Made by a program: the position numbers and the translations under genes. Below are positions 1 through 7,700 of a stretch of 30,085 bases of DNA, piece after piece. Within the stretch, counting starts at the first letter, position 1; each line of letters begins with the position of its first letter. The notes under the pieces are model-generated. The model worked only from the letters and a program-made list of their open reading frames with translations. It was not told the origin of the DNA and ran no database searches. This stretch comes from Fidelibacterota bacterium (GTDB taxonomy: Bacteria > Fidelibacterota > Marinisomatia > SCGC-AAA003-L08 > JACNLC01): NCBI GenBank assembly GCA_013204025.1, contig JABMOW010000074.1, positions 1 to 30,085 on the forward strand, given 5' to 3'.

Positions 1-290
1 CTTATACACAGGCTCTTAGCCTAAGAACAAGCCCTTCTCTTCCATCAATTTAAATCTAATTTGGGTATAAGAATTTTAGATGGTGACCTTTGGATTTCCA
101 TTTTCTCTCGGCTCTTTTAAGATACGAGAAGAATTAATCCAAAGGTAAGAGCTACGTTTCCTTTTCGCGCATCTTTCTGATACTCTAAGTTTTGTTTAAT
201 TTTATTTTGTTGACGATTGAACTGCCCAAAAAAGTCGTCCCATGTTTTAAGTTAGTAATATTGAAAAATGATGATCAATCCCCCACTCCC

Positions 291-400
291 GATGTCGTTC
301 TACCTGATGTGAGTAAGAAAACTTTATCAATTGAATTTTAACAAAACCGGGAAATATATAACTTAGAAGGTGGTCGAATTTATGGAGGCAGATCAGTGTT
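291..400 (+). repeat. Dispersed ~100-bp intergenic element, copy A (the others are at 2513-2630 and 27981-28075)
   Basis: By-eye alignment of the three intergenic stretches. Shared blocks are CGATGTC..TTTTACCTGATGTGA(A)G ... TTTTAACAAAAACCRGGAGAAGTGTAAYTTTGA. Copy A carries the TAnnTTTG-like octamer TAACTTAG. Confidence 0.55.
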
Positions 401-401
401 G

Positions 402-2096
402 TTAACCGTCAATAATGACATTGATAATCTGGATAATATCCAGAACATTAATATCACCGTTATCATCGTAATCCGCAGACCAGATCAGACAGAGTTCAGC
501 GTCCGTATCAACGCCGAGGATCAAATTAGTCACAATGACAAGGTCCAACACATTGAGTAATCCGTCGTTATTTACATCGCCTGGTGTCCAATAATTTTCA
601 CAACTGTCAAGTGCCATGCTTACTGCATGATAGGCATTTAGCCGTCCATACCCTGACTGTTCATCCCAGGCAGTCTCATATAGATCATCGGAGGTGAGCT
701 GCATGATATTACGGACCTCCTCCGGCGACATACTTGGGTTGACAGACAGGACCAAAGCGCCAATACCGGCAGCATGTGGACATGCCGCGGAGGTGCCGTT
801 AAAATAGGACATGTAGCCCCCATCCATGGTTGTGGTGTGCATTAAAACTCCAGGAGCCAAAAAATCAAGATGCGGTCCAAAATTACTACCCCATAAGTAT
901 TCACCGTCACAAGAGTTTGGATTCTTACGTTCATTGCAGGGGGACAAAGCACCCACGGCGATACAGTTGTCATAATTTGATGGATATGCCGGAATTCCGC
1001 TGTCGCCATTTCCTGTGGCTGCAAAGACAACCGTTCCATTATCCACCGCAGCGTTGATGGCACTATTAAAATACTCCAGATAAGATCCACCAGACAGACT
1101 CATACTGATGATCCGGGCACCATTATCAGTAGCCCAGGTCACACCATTCGCAATATCCGTAATGTCCCCGTAGGCATCAGAATTTAATATTTTGATAGGC
1201 ATGATTTGTGACTCCCAGGAGACTCCGGCAATGCCCTGATTATTATTTCCCAGAGCAGCGGCAATACCAGCACAGCCAGTTCCGTGTCCGTTATCATCTA
1301 ATGGGTAATGATCATTGTTTACGAAGTCATAGCCTGGAACCATCTTCCCGGAAAATTCAGGATGCCTCCCATCGATGCCAGTGTCCAGGATCGCGATGAT
1401 TATGTCCGCCTCACCCGTGGTAATATCCCAGGCCTGATCTGTGTCAGTATCACAATCTGGGACTCCAACATTTTGTTCACCCGCCTGACCAAAATTATCA
1501 TGGGCCCATTGATCACTATAGTATGGATCGTCAGGAACCATTGTCTGCCGGACCTGATAGTCAGGCTCAACAACAATAACCTCGTTATAATCCATTAGGT
1601 CATTGATTATTGAGCTGACGTCTACAGGTGAATCAAATATTACCAGATAGAATTGATGTAGCTGATGGGCAAAATGTCGTTCCGAGAAGTTCTGCCAGTC
1701 TTTGAACAATGGCTCTAAGCTTCTCGCACCCTGATTGCGAAGATAGGCATTGATTTTGAGGGGTGAGGCCAAGTTGAGCGCGTCACTCCGTCCTGGCATG
1801 GGTGCTATATCATCTTGAATTTTGATCACAATCCGATGGGCAGAGGCGGCATAGCCGTTGACCATTGTCACGGATTCCCGGGCTGTACCCATAACAAAAA
1901 AGATCATACTAATCATGGATAACAGAATTTTCTGCCGAGAGGATCTCTGATTAATTAAGAGTAATATTTTGGTCATCAAGACGATTTTACCTATTTTATA
2001 ATTCCTTAAAAGTGTATCTGAAATGATCTCACCTGAATAATTTAACGATTTGAACTGTTGATTTTGCAACAAAAGATGGACATCTTGATAAGTCAT
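402..2096 (-). CDS. Secreted subtilisin-like serine peptidase (S8 family) with two C-terminal dockerin-type Ca-binding repeats
   Basis: The ORF shows the catalytic triad contexts AILDTGID (Asp), HGTGCAGIAAALGNN (His) and GTSAACPHAAG (Ser). The C-terminus has GDVNNDGLLNVLD and DYDDNGDINVLD, matching the DxNxDGxxNxxD dockerin loop. The true start is probably the internal Met (MTKILLL.., about nt 1976), which gives a signal-peptide-like N-terminus (RSSRQKILLSMISMIFFVMGTA). Confidence 0.8.
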   Translation of the reverse strand: MTYQDVHLLLQNQQFKSLNYSGEIISDTLLRNYKIGKIVLMTKILLLINQRSSRQKILLSMISMIFFVMGTARESVTMVNGYAASAHRIVIKIQDDIAPMPGRSDALNLASPLKINAYLRNQGARSLEPLFKDWQNFSERHFAHQLHQFYLVIFDSPVDVSSIINDLMDYNEVIVVEPDYQVRQTMVPDDPYYSDQWAHDNFGQAGEQNVGVPDCDTDTDQAWDITTGEADIIIAILDTGIDGRHPEFSGKMVPGYDFVNNDHYPLDDNGHGTGCAGIAAALGNNNQGIAGVSWESQIMPIKILNSDAYGDITDIANGVTWATDNGARIISMSLSGGSYLEYFNSAINAAVDNGTVVFAATGNGDSGIPAYPSNYDNCIAVGALSPCNERKNPNSCDGEYLWGSNFGPHLDFLAPGVLMHTTTMDGGYMSYFNGTSAACPHAAGIGALVLSVNPSMSPEEVRNIMQLTSDDLYETAWDEQSGYGRLNAYHAVSMALDSCENYWTPGDVNNDGLLNVLDLVIVTNLILGVDTDAELCLIWSADYDDNGDINVLDIIQIINVIIDG

Positions 2097-2448
2097 ATTG
2101 CTTGTTTGTAAATTAGGTTTTCAAACTCTTCCGGCGATCTGAATCCAAACGCAGAATGTTTCCTGAACTGACCTTGCCCAAAGTTGTACCATGTAGTTAG
2201 TCATATTGAAAATGGAAGGAAGACTGCACATAACAGGTGATATCAATCTGTTTGACCCAGGGAAAACCTCATTTTAATCCACCGGGCATTTTTTGAGCAC
2301 AAAAAATTGCAAGTCCATTAATAACAACACCTCCAACTGTTATTAGGAACCAGTGCAGCAATGCGTGGAGGGCTTCGGCGTAGCCTACAGCGAGCCTTCC
2401 CTGCCCGGCGGCAGGCGGGAAGTCCTCTCCTCGGCACAACGAAATAAC

Positions 2449-2478
2449 GCCCTGTGAAGTATTTTTCACAGGGTTTTT
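2449..2478 (+). terminator. Rho-independent terminator-like hairpin (CCCTGTGAA-gtattt-TTCACAGGG followed by TTTTT) at the end of a GC-rich island
   Basis: A perfect 9-bp stem with a 6-nt loop and a T5 tract on the plus strand. The minus-strand reading has only a weak U-tract (GUUAUUUCG). Confidence 0.45.
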
Positions 2479-2512
2479 AATTTACCTCACCTAGCGGAAA
2501 TCCATATCGATA

Positions 2513-2630
2513 TCGATGTCCTGCTCTCGATGTCATTTTACCTGATGTGAAGCAAGAGAGTATTAAATTTTAACAAAAACCAGGAGAAGTGTAATTTTGA
2601 TGGTAGCCGAACCTATGGGGTAGGTCAGAG
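2513..2630 (+). repeat. Dispersed ~100-bp intergenic element, copy B
   Basis: Aligns with copies A and C. Contains TAATTTTG (TAnnTTTG-type -7-like motif) and an internal CGATGTC duplication. Confidence 0.55.
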
Positions 2631-2730
2631 AGTACATAATCTTCATTGTTCTTCACAACTTAAACCAGCTGAAATACTTTTCCCACCAGTTTATAATCTT
2701 ACACTATTTAACTAATAGTCAGATACCTGC

Positions 2731-3318
2731 TTATCGGAACAGATGAAACATATATCCTGAAATTATCACCAGTATACATCCAAAGATAAAATTATGTTTC
2801 AGAACGAATTCGTCGAATTGAAAATATAACTTATCAAAAATAAAAGACAATTTCCGTGTAGAAACCCAACGGTCGGTTTTTTGGAAAATCTTTTTAACTG
2901 CTGTAGGACGAAAGATCAATGTCAGCATCAAAACAATTCCAATCGACATGAATGTGATGATAATCCATTTTACTGATATTAGTACAATTTCTACTACAAC
3001 GCCATACTCATATTGATTCATTGATTTCTCAAATTCACCGATGTTTAAATTGTGATTATATATATACATGCATGCTGCAAATCCCACAAGTAGAATCCAG
3101 CCAAGCACCGTGTTGTATTTCATGAAATATTCAGTTGTTTCCCTTGGTACACCAAGAGGTCTGGTGAGGCGTCTGGTGGAGATCCATTGACTTAGATTTC
3201 GATTTAAGCTACCAATTAGATCCGGTTTAAGTATCAAGACCAGCCCCAAACATAAATTTAAAAATCCTGCGAAGGCTAAAAACCAGTCATTAAAATCCAT
3301 GAGAATTATCTTATACAT
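2731..3318 (-). CDS. Hypothetical membrane protein (about 4 TM segments) built from two homologous halves
   Basis: Hydrophobic segments are present. There is an internal duplication: ..LILKPDLIGSLNRNLSQWISTRRLTRP.. versus ..LIFRPTAVKKIFQKTDRWVSTRKLSFI.. It is the last gene downstream of gvpK on the same strand. Confidence 0.55.
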   Translation of the reverse strand: MYKIILMDFNDWFLAFAGFLNLCLGLVLILKPDLIGSLNRNLSQWISTRRLTRPLGVPRETTEYFMKYNTVLGWILLVGFAACMYIYNHNLNIGEFEKSMNQYEYGVVVEIVLISVKWIIITFMSIGIVLMLTLIFRPTAVKKIFQKTDRWVSTRKLSFIFDKLYFQFDEFVLKHNFIFGCILVIISGYMFHLFR

Positions 3319-3491
3319 CTTTTCCTCTGCATTTAATATTGTTGTTATTTATCGCATTATATCTATGGGTACAGATCATGTTTTAGAAATGATGAGTGGG
3401 ATTAACCGGGATATTATTTTAGAATAAAACCACCCATAGACACAGGTTCGCGGTTCCTGTATTGCTATCTTTTTATTTTAGTAAAATTGTT

Positions 3492-3836
3492 TTACATCAA
3501 ATTTCCCAACGGGCCGAGATTGATATTTAAATCTCTATCCGTAAGGTTAAAATGTTTTTTTAGCTCTTCCATTTTCATCTCCAGCTTCATCAGGGTTTCA
3601 CCTAATCTTTCGATTTCTTCTTCCGTTAATGATCCGCCATCAACTCTTCGCATGGCTTGTTTCTCAACTAGTTTACGGATGAGTTCAACGATGGTTAGTA
3701 CTAGTTTTGCCAGTCCTGAATCTGCATTCTCAGGGCTGAGCTCTAGTCTGGATTCTTCTTTGCTTGCTAGTTTTGCCATCTCTTCCGAAATCTCATCAAG
3801 CGAACCGGTATTAAATAGTATTTTATTTTCACTCAT
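3492..3836 (-). CDS. gvpK: Gas vesicle protein GvpK
   Basis: The GvpK-like translation (MSENKILFNTGSLDEISEEMAKLASKE...LAKLVLTIVELIRKLVEKQAMRRVDGG..TEEEIERLGETLMKLEMKMEEL) was recognised by eye. The ATG at 3834-3836 is preferred over the GTG at 3884, which would overlap the upstream gene by 40 nt. Confidence 0.75.
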   Translation of the reverse strand: MSENKILFNTGSLDEISEEMAKLASKEESRLELSPENADSGLAKLVLTIVELIRKLVEKQAMRRVDGGSLTEEEIERLGETLMKLEMKMEELKKHFNLTDRDLNINLGPLGNLM

Positions 3837-3844
3837 CGTACTGA

Positions 3845-4594
3845 TTATTTTATTGTGATATCTACAAAATTGTAGGGAGGCCACTGACCTGTTAAGACAA
3901 ATTTTAGCCCGGTGTATTGGATTTGTAATTCTTTAACTGCCTGAATTAATCCTTCTTTTTCATTCTTTTTCAGTAAAATAACTACATCGATAATAGTTGT
4001 TTCAGTTACCATTTTTTTAAATCTGTGAATTGAGTTCAATTGCGCTAGATGCGTTGTAATATTTTGAATAATTGCATCAATATGTGCTAACAGCGACTCT
4101 TCAAACCGGTGCTCTTTTAGTTTTTTATAGAGGTATTTACTATAAATTGATTTTTCAATGCCTTGTTCGAGTTCAATTGCAGGTTCAGTTTCTGATTTGT
4201 CTTTAAGTTCTGTCTTTAATTTTTCGGAATCACAGAAAACTTTTAAGCCGTATTCAACCTTATTTTCGACTTTCAGGAGATTGCACTGGATTTCATTATA
4301 GTTTCTTTCCAGCATTTTTTTAGTCGTATCGGTTGATTCCATCACAGAACCATACCGAACTGGAAGCAATGTAAATTGTTGGGCAAGGGTTTCAATTACC
4401 CCTGCATATTCAATTGCACTGGATTTATCAACAATTAAATCAGCTCTATTAACGTCGCTTACTACAGCTGCAATTTCGTCAAGCGTGACTACATATAAGT
4501 CCGTGTTCGATAAACCTTTTATTCCGGCCAACAGAGCATCTAATTTTTTAGTGTTCTTTTTTACGGATACTATGGAATAAATCATCATTTCCAT
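3845..4594 (-). CDS. gvpF: GvpF/GvpL-family gas vesicle assembly protein (paralog 5)
   Basis: The N-terminus reads ..IYSIVS....LYVVTLDEIAAVVSD. The C-terminus has the family hallmark ..VTGQWPPYNFVDITIK. Confidence 0.85.
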   Translation of the reverse strand: MEMMIYSIVSVKKNTKKLDALLAGIKGLSNTDLYVVTLDEIAAVVSDVNRADLIVDKSSAIEYAGVIETLAQQFTLLPVRYGSVMESTDTTKKMLERNYNEIQCNLLKVENKVEYGLKVFCDSEKLKTELKDKSETEPAIELEQGIEKSIYSKYLYKKLKEHRFEESLLAHIDAIIQNITTHLAQLNSIHRFKKMVTETTIIDVVILLKKNEKEGLIQAVKELQIQYTGLKFVLTGQWPPYNFVDITIK

Positions 4595-4596
4595 GA

Positions 4597-4800
4597 CTAA
4601 GTACTTATTGATCTTCCGGACTTTAGTTGCTCCATGGTTTCAACCGAACTTAACATTAATTTTACGCCCAAGTATACCAAATCAATATCTGCTACTGAAA
4701 TTACAATATCACCGGTGAGGATGACACCCTTGTTTAAAACTCTATCGAGTAATTCAAGGATGGTGATATCTTTTGACCGATCAATTACATTGTTGTTCAT
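4597..4800 (-). CDS. GvpA-family small hydrophobic protein (GvpM/GvpJ-like)
   Basis: The core ILELLDRVLNKGVILTGDIVISVADIDLVYLGVKLMLSSVETMEQ parallels the GvpA core [42 protein letters not shown]. Confidence 0.8.
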   Translation of the reverse strand: MNNNVIDRSKDITILELLDRVLNKGVILTGDIVISVADIDLVYLGVKLMLSSVETMEQLKSGRSIST

Positions 4801-5594
4801 TACTGTTTTTCTTTAATGGAGATAAAACTAAATGGCGGCCAAGGTCCGGTTGCTTCAATAATAAAGCAGAATTTTTCGTCTTTTTTTATCAGTTTGTCGA
4901 CTGTACTCTTAAAATCATTGACTCTGTTTTTACTTACAAGAAAGGTAGCATTGAGGATCATGGTATTCTCTGTTCCTGTAAATTCTTTCGGGAGCAGGTT
5001 ATTGAGTCGGGTTGATTCGCTCAGATTTTTAAATTCATCATAATATTCCTGTCCATAACTGTTATTAAGTCTGTTCATCTCAGTTTCGATTAGGTCTTCT
5101 TTTTTTCTTTTAAAAAGAAATGCTTTCCCGGGTGAACTTGCCATAATCTTTTTTTCCAGCGTAGCTGTTTCCTCGCTCAATTCGTCAATTTGTTCGCTCA
5201 ACACTTTACGATTACAGTAAATTTTAACCGACCATTCTTCCTTTCCCTGGATATTATGGAAATTTTCGATCAATGAGCTGGAATAATCTGTGATGAATTT
5301 TTTCAAACTGGTTTTAGTTTTATAGATAGTACCAAATTTAAAGGGGATCACAGTACCAGATTCCATAACCTTGCTGATCACCATGATATGCTCCCTCGCG
5401 TTGGATTCCACCCACAAAATATCTGAAATATTCTTTTTGAAGTTTTCTTCGGAGAATTCACTATTAGAAACATATTTAATAATTACATAAAAATTATCGA
5501 TCACAATGGATTTCAAGCCTTTGAACTCCATATTATGATTGAGTTGTGGAGGACTCTTTGTTATGCAATAAAGATATATCAAATCATTTATCAT
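4800..5594 (-). CDS. gvpF: GvpF/GvpL-family gas vesicle assembly protein (paralog 4)
   Basis: The N-terminus reads LIYLYCI..., and the C-terminus ends ..IIEATGPWPPFSFISIKEKQ. It overlaps its neighbours by 1 nt, which suggests translational coupling. Confidence 0.85.
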   Translation of the reverse strand: MINDLIYLYCITKSPPQLNHNMEFKGLKSIVIDNFYVIIKYVSNSEFSEENFKKNISDILWVESNAREHIMVISKVMESGTVIPFKFGTIYKTKTSLKKFITDYSSSLIENFHNIQGKEEWSVKIYCNRKVLSEQIDELSEETATLEKKIMASSPGKAFLFKRKKEDLIETEMNRLNNSYGQEYYDEFKNLSESTRLNNLLPKEFTGTENTMILNATFLVSKNRVNDFKSTVDKLIKKDEKFCFIIEATGPWPPFSFISIKEKQ

Positions 5595-5866
5595 TAATTA
5601 TCCGAACTATCCTTTCCTTCAAAGGAATTTAGTCTTTCGAAAGATGTAATTTCAAGTTTTTCATCTAATTCTACTTTGTAGAATAACCGCACTTGTTTTG
5701 GAGGTAAGTTCATTGATTTTAAGAAAGAATCATTTTCATATACTTCTGAAAAGGAGTTCCATATTTCATTTACTTTTTCAATTTTTATCACCGTTACATC
5801 AGAACAAATGATACTCTCTTTCAGAAACTTAACCACAGCTTTTTTTACATCGATGATATTACTCAT
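5594..5866 (-). CDS. Hypothetical small protein inside the gvp operon (possible uncharacterised gvp accessory protein)
   Basis: An open frame sits in an operon-conserved slot between gvpG and a gvpF/L paralog. The likely start is the internal Met (MSNIIDVKK..), because the longer ORF (to 5917) would overlap gvpG by 26 nt. No motif was recognised. Confidence 0.45.
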   Translation of the reverse strand: MSNIIDVKKAVVKFLKESIICSDVTVIKIEKVNEIWNSFSEVYENDSFLKSMNLPPKQVRLFYKVELDEKLEITSFERLNSFEGKDSSDN

Positions 5867-5891
5867 TTTTATCTCCAGTGAATAATTTGTT

Positions 5892-6119
5892 TCATTTCTC
5901 GGTACTGATATTTTCAAGCAATTGTAATAATTCGTCTTCTCTCTCGTCGTATTCTTCTACGTCAATTTCGTCCATCTCGAACTTCAATTGCAAAGCCATA
6001 AGTCGTTCTTTAATGGCGCCTTCATCAGACATTTCTTTCTCGATTACCTCATTGATTTTATTTCCAATAAAAATAATTCCTTTTAAAGGCGCTAGAAGTA
6101 TGTCATCGATTAAAAACAC
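5892..6119 (-). CDS. gvpG: Gas vesicle protein GvpG-like
   Basis: A 75-aa protein (MFLIDDILLAPLKGIIFIGNKINEVIEKEM...EEYDEREDELLQLLENI) resembling GvpG in size and composition. Its position between gvpF/L genes fits. Confidence 0.65.
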   Translation of the reverse strand: MFLIDDILLAPLKGIIFIGNKINEVIEKEMSDEGAIKERLMALQLKFEMDEIDVEEYDEREDELLQLLENISTEK

Positions 6120-6120
6120 A

Positions 6121-6915
6121 TCAAATTCCTTTCGTGTAAATTGTCAGATTAACAAAATTATATGGAGGCAATGTTCCTACGTATTTGAAGGTCATGAGAT
6201 GACCATATTTTTCATCCAAATTGTTCACCGCTTTGTCAAATGCAGGTTCTGATGTGTTTTTAATAAGGAAGGCGGCATTGAGGATCATCATTTCTCCATA
6301 GTTATCGTTCACCTTGACATCAACCGCATGCGGATTTAATTCAGAGAGAATATTGTTTCGATATGCCTCTCTCTCTTGTTCAAGCGCTTCGGCAACCATT
6401 TCACCAATTTTCATACGTTGATAATGGGTTTTATCTGCTGGCAGGTTCATCAGCTTTTCTTTTAATGACCTGATATCATCATATTTTTCAATGATGCTTT
6501 CATAAATTGCGGCTTCATGGGCAAGTATTTTGAGTCCTAATTCTTTTTTTCCATCCATCGTAATGAGAAGATCGTTGAATTTTTTATAATCCTTTTCGAG
6601 GATTCTCAGAATCCCGGCATCATCGTTGTGTTCTGATATAGTTGAAAAACGGATCGGTAGAACAGTAAACCGCTTCATCACCTCTTCAAGTACCAATTGA
6701 TGGGCGATCATATGAGCTCGTCTGGCCTTATATTGTATGATTGGTGAATTACTTACAACTGCACTGATATCTTTGTAATGGATTCCATAGACCTTATCAG
6801 ATCGATCTCCGATACCAATAGGGCCAAAGTCAATCGAATCTGCGTGCCTTATGATGCCATATATATACTTGCCTTCTTTGGGCGTTTCTTGCATGTTGCT
6901 CATAGTTAACATCAA
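6121..6915 (-). CDS. gvpF: GvpF/GvpL-family gas vesicle assembly protein (paralog 3)
   Basis: The N-terminus reads KYIYGIIRHADSIDFGPIGIG....ISAVVS. The C-terminus ends ..KYVGTLPPYNFVNLTIY. Confidence 0.85.
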   Translation of the reverse strand: MMLTMSNMQETPKEGKYIYGIIRHADSIDFGPIGIGDRSDKVYGIHYKDISAVVSNSPIIQYKARRAHMIAHQLVLEEVMKRFTVLPIRFSTISEHNDDAGILRILEKDYKKFNDLLITMDGKKELGLKILAHEAAIYESIIEKYDDIRSLKEKLMNLPADKTHYQRMKIGEMVAEALEQEREAYRNNILSELNPHAVDVKVNDNYGEMMILNAAFLIKNTSEPAFDKAVNNLDEKYGHLMTFKYVGTLPPYNFVNLTIYTKGI

Positions 6916-6925
6916 ATAAGTTTCA

Positions 6926-7699
6926 TTACAATTCCCACTTTTCGGGAAATATTTTCAGATCTATGAAATTATAAATCGGCAATGGAGCTGTATAAACAAA
7001 GTCGCTTCGGTCCTGGTATTTGATACCAAGATCTGCCATCATGTTATCAAGTTCAATCCCCCTTCCACTGTTCATAAGAATTGCCGTATTCATAAACATA
7101 GCATCTCCACTTGTTTTGTTATGTCTATAATCGAACACCGATCTTCTAAAGGCATCGATAATTTTTTCCGCTTCCACTACTTTCTTTTCAGCCAAAGCAT
7201 GTTCAATCAGTTCTCCGGTTTCAACTATTTTCAGCTTCCTTTTCTCCAGATCAGGCATTTTTTCGATTTTTACCTTGCTATTATGCAATTCAGCGTGTTC
7301 CTTGTCGATCTCCTTGTATATCATACTCATGTCTCTCCAGATTCCCTTTACATTGATTTCCACCTTATTTTCGAACTGCTTGAGCAATTCCATAAACTCG
7401 CTGTATCTGCGGTTAAGCAGGTTGCGAATTTCATCTGGAGTAGCGGCGATGGTACCAAACCTGATGGGGAGCATGCTTTCGAATTCCTTCATCACCGCTT
7501 CTAGAACCTTTTGGTGACTAATAATATTATCTGGGCTTACAACAAACTTGCCAAGCGGATGGTCACTCACCACCATACATAAACCATCGAAACCGATGGT
7601 AGAGACTAGGTCGCATCGCCCCCCAACTCCAATAGGGCCAAAATTGGTGTCATATTTTGTTGATATTATACAATATATATATTTACCATCCCGCTGCAT
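6926..7699 (-). CDS. gvpF: GvpF/GvpL-family gas vesicle assembly protein (paralog 2)
   Basis: The N-terminus reads KYIYCIISTKYDTNFGPIGVGG....LCMVVSD. The C-terminus ends ..VYTAPLPIYNFIDLKIF. Confidence 0.85.
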   Translation of the reverse strand: MQRDGKYIYCIISTKYDTNFGPIGVGGRCDLVSTIGFDGLCMVVSDHPLGKFVVSPDNIISHQKVLEAVMKEFESMLPIRFGTIAATPDEIRNLLNRRYSEFMELLKQFENKVEINVKGIWRDMSMIYKEIDKEHAELHNSKVKIEKMPDLEKRKLKIVETGELIEHALAEKKVVEAEKIIDAFRRSVFDYRHNKTSGDAMFMNTAILMNSGRGIELDNMMADLGIKYQDRSDFVYTAPLPIYNFIDLKIFPEKWEL

Positions 7700-7700
7700 A

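Noticed and set aside
638-1598. Short ORFs on both strands inside the S8 peptidase gene (638-823, 830-1057, 842-1090, 1208-1598)
   Set aside because: They are nested within or antisense to the peptidase reading frame and have no independent signals or motifs.
2269-2469. 66-aa minus-strand ORF in the GC-rich island
   Set aside because: Its translation is G/A/L-rich and low-complexity, and it overlaps the terminator hairpin. The locus is more plausibly a structured non-coding element.
3487-3858. Plus-strand ORFs antisense to gvp genes (e.g. 3487-3858, 4634-5043, 5878-6252, 7121-7517, 8817-10300, 10974-11779, 11957-12448, 14181-15746, 17438-18160, 18868-22727)
   Set aside because: Each lies entirely inside a well-supported minus-strand gene. 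The translations are low-complexity and Ser/Leu/Phe-rich, as expected for the antisense of AT-rich coding DNA, and no motifs are present.
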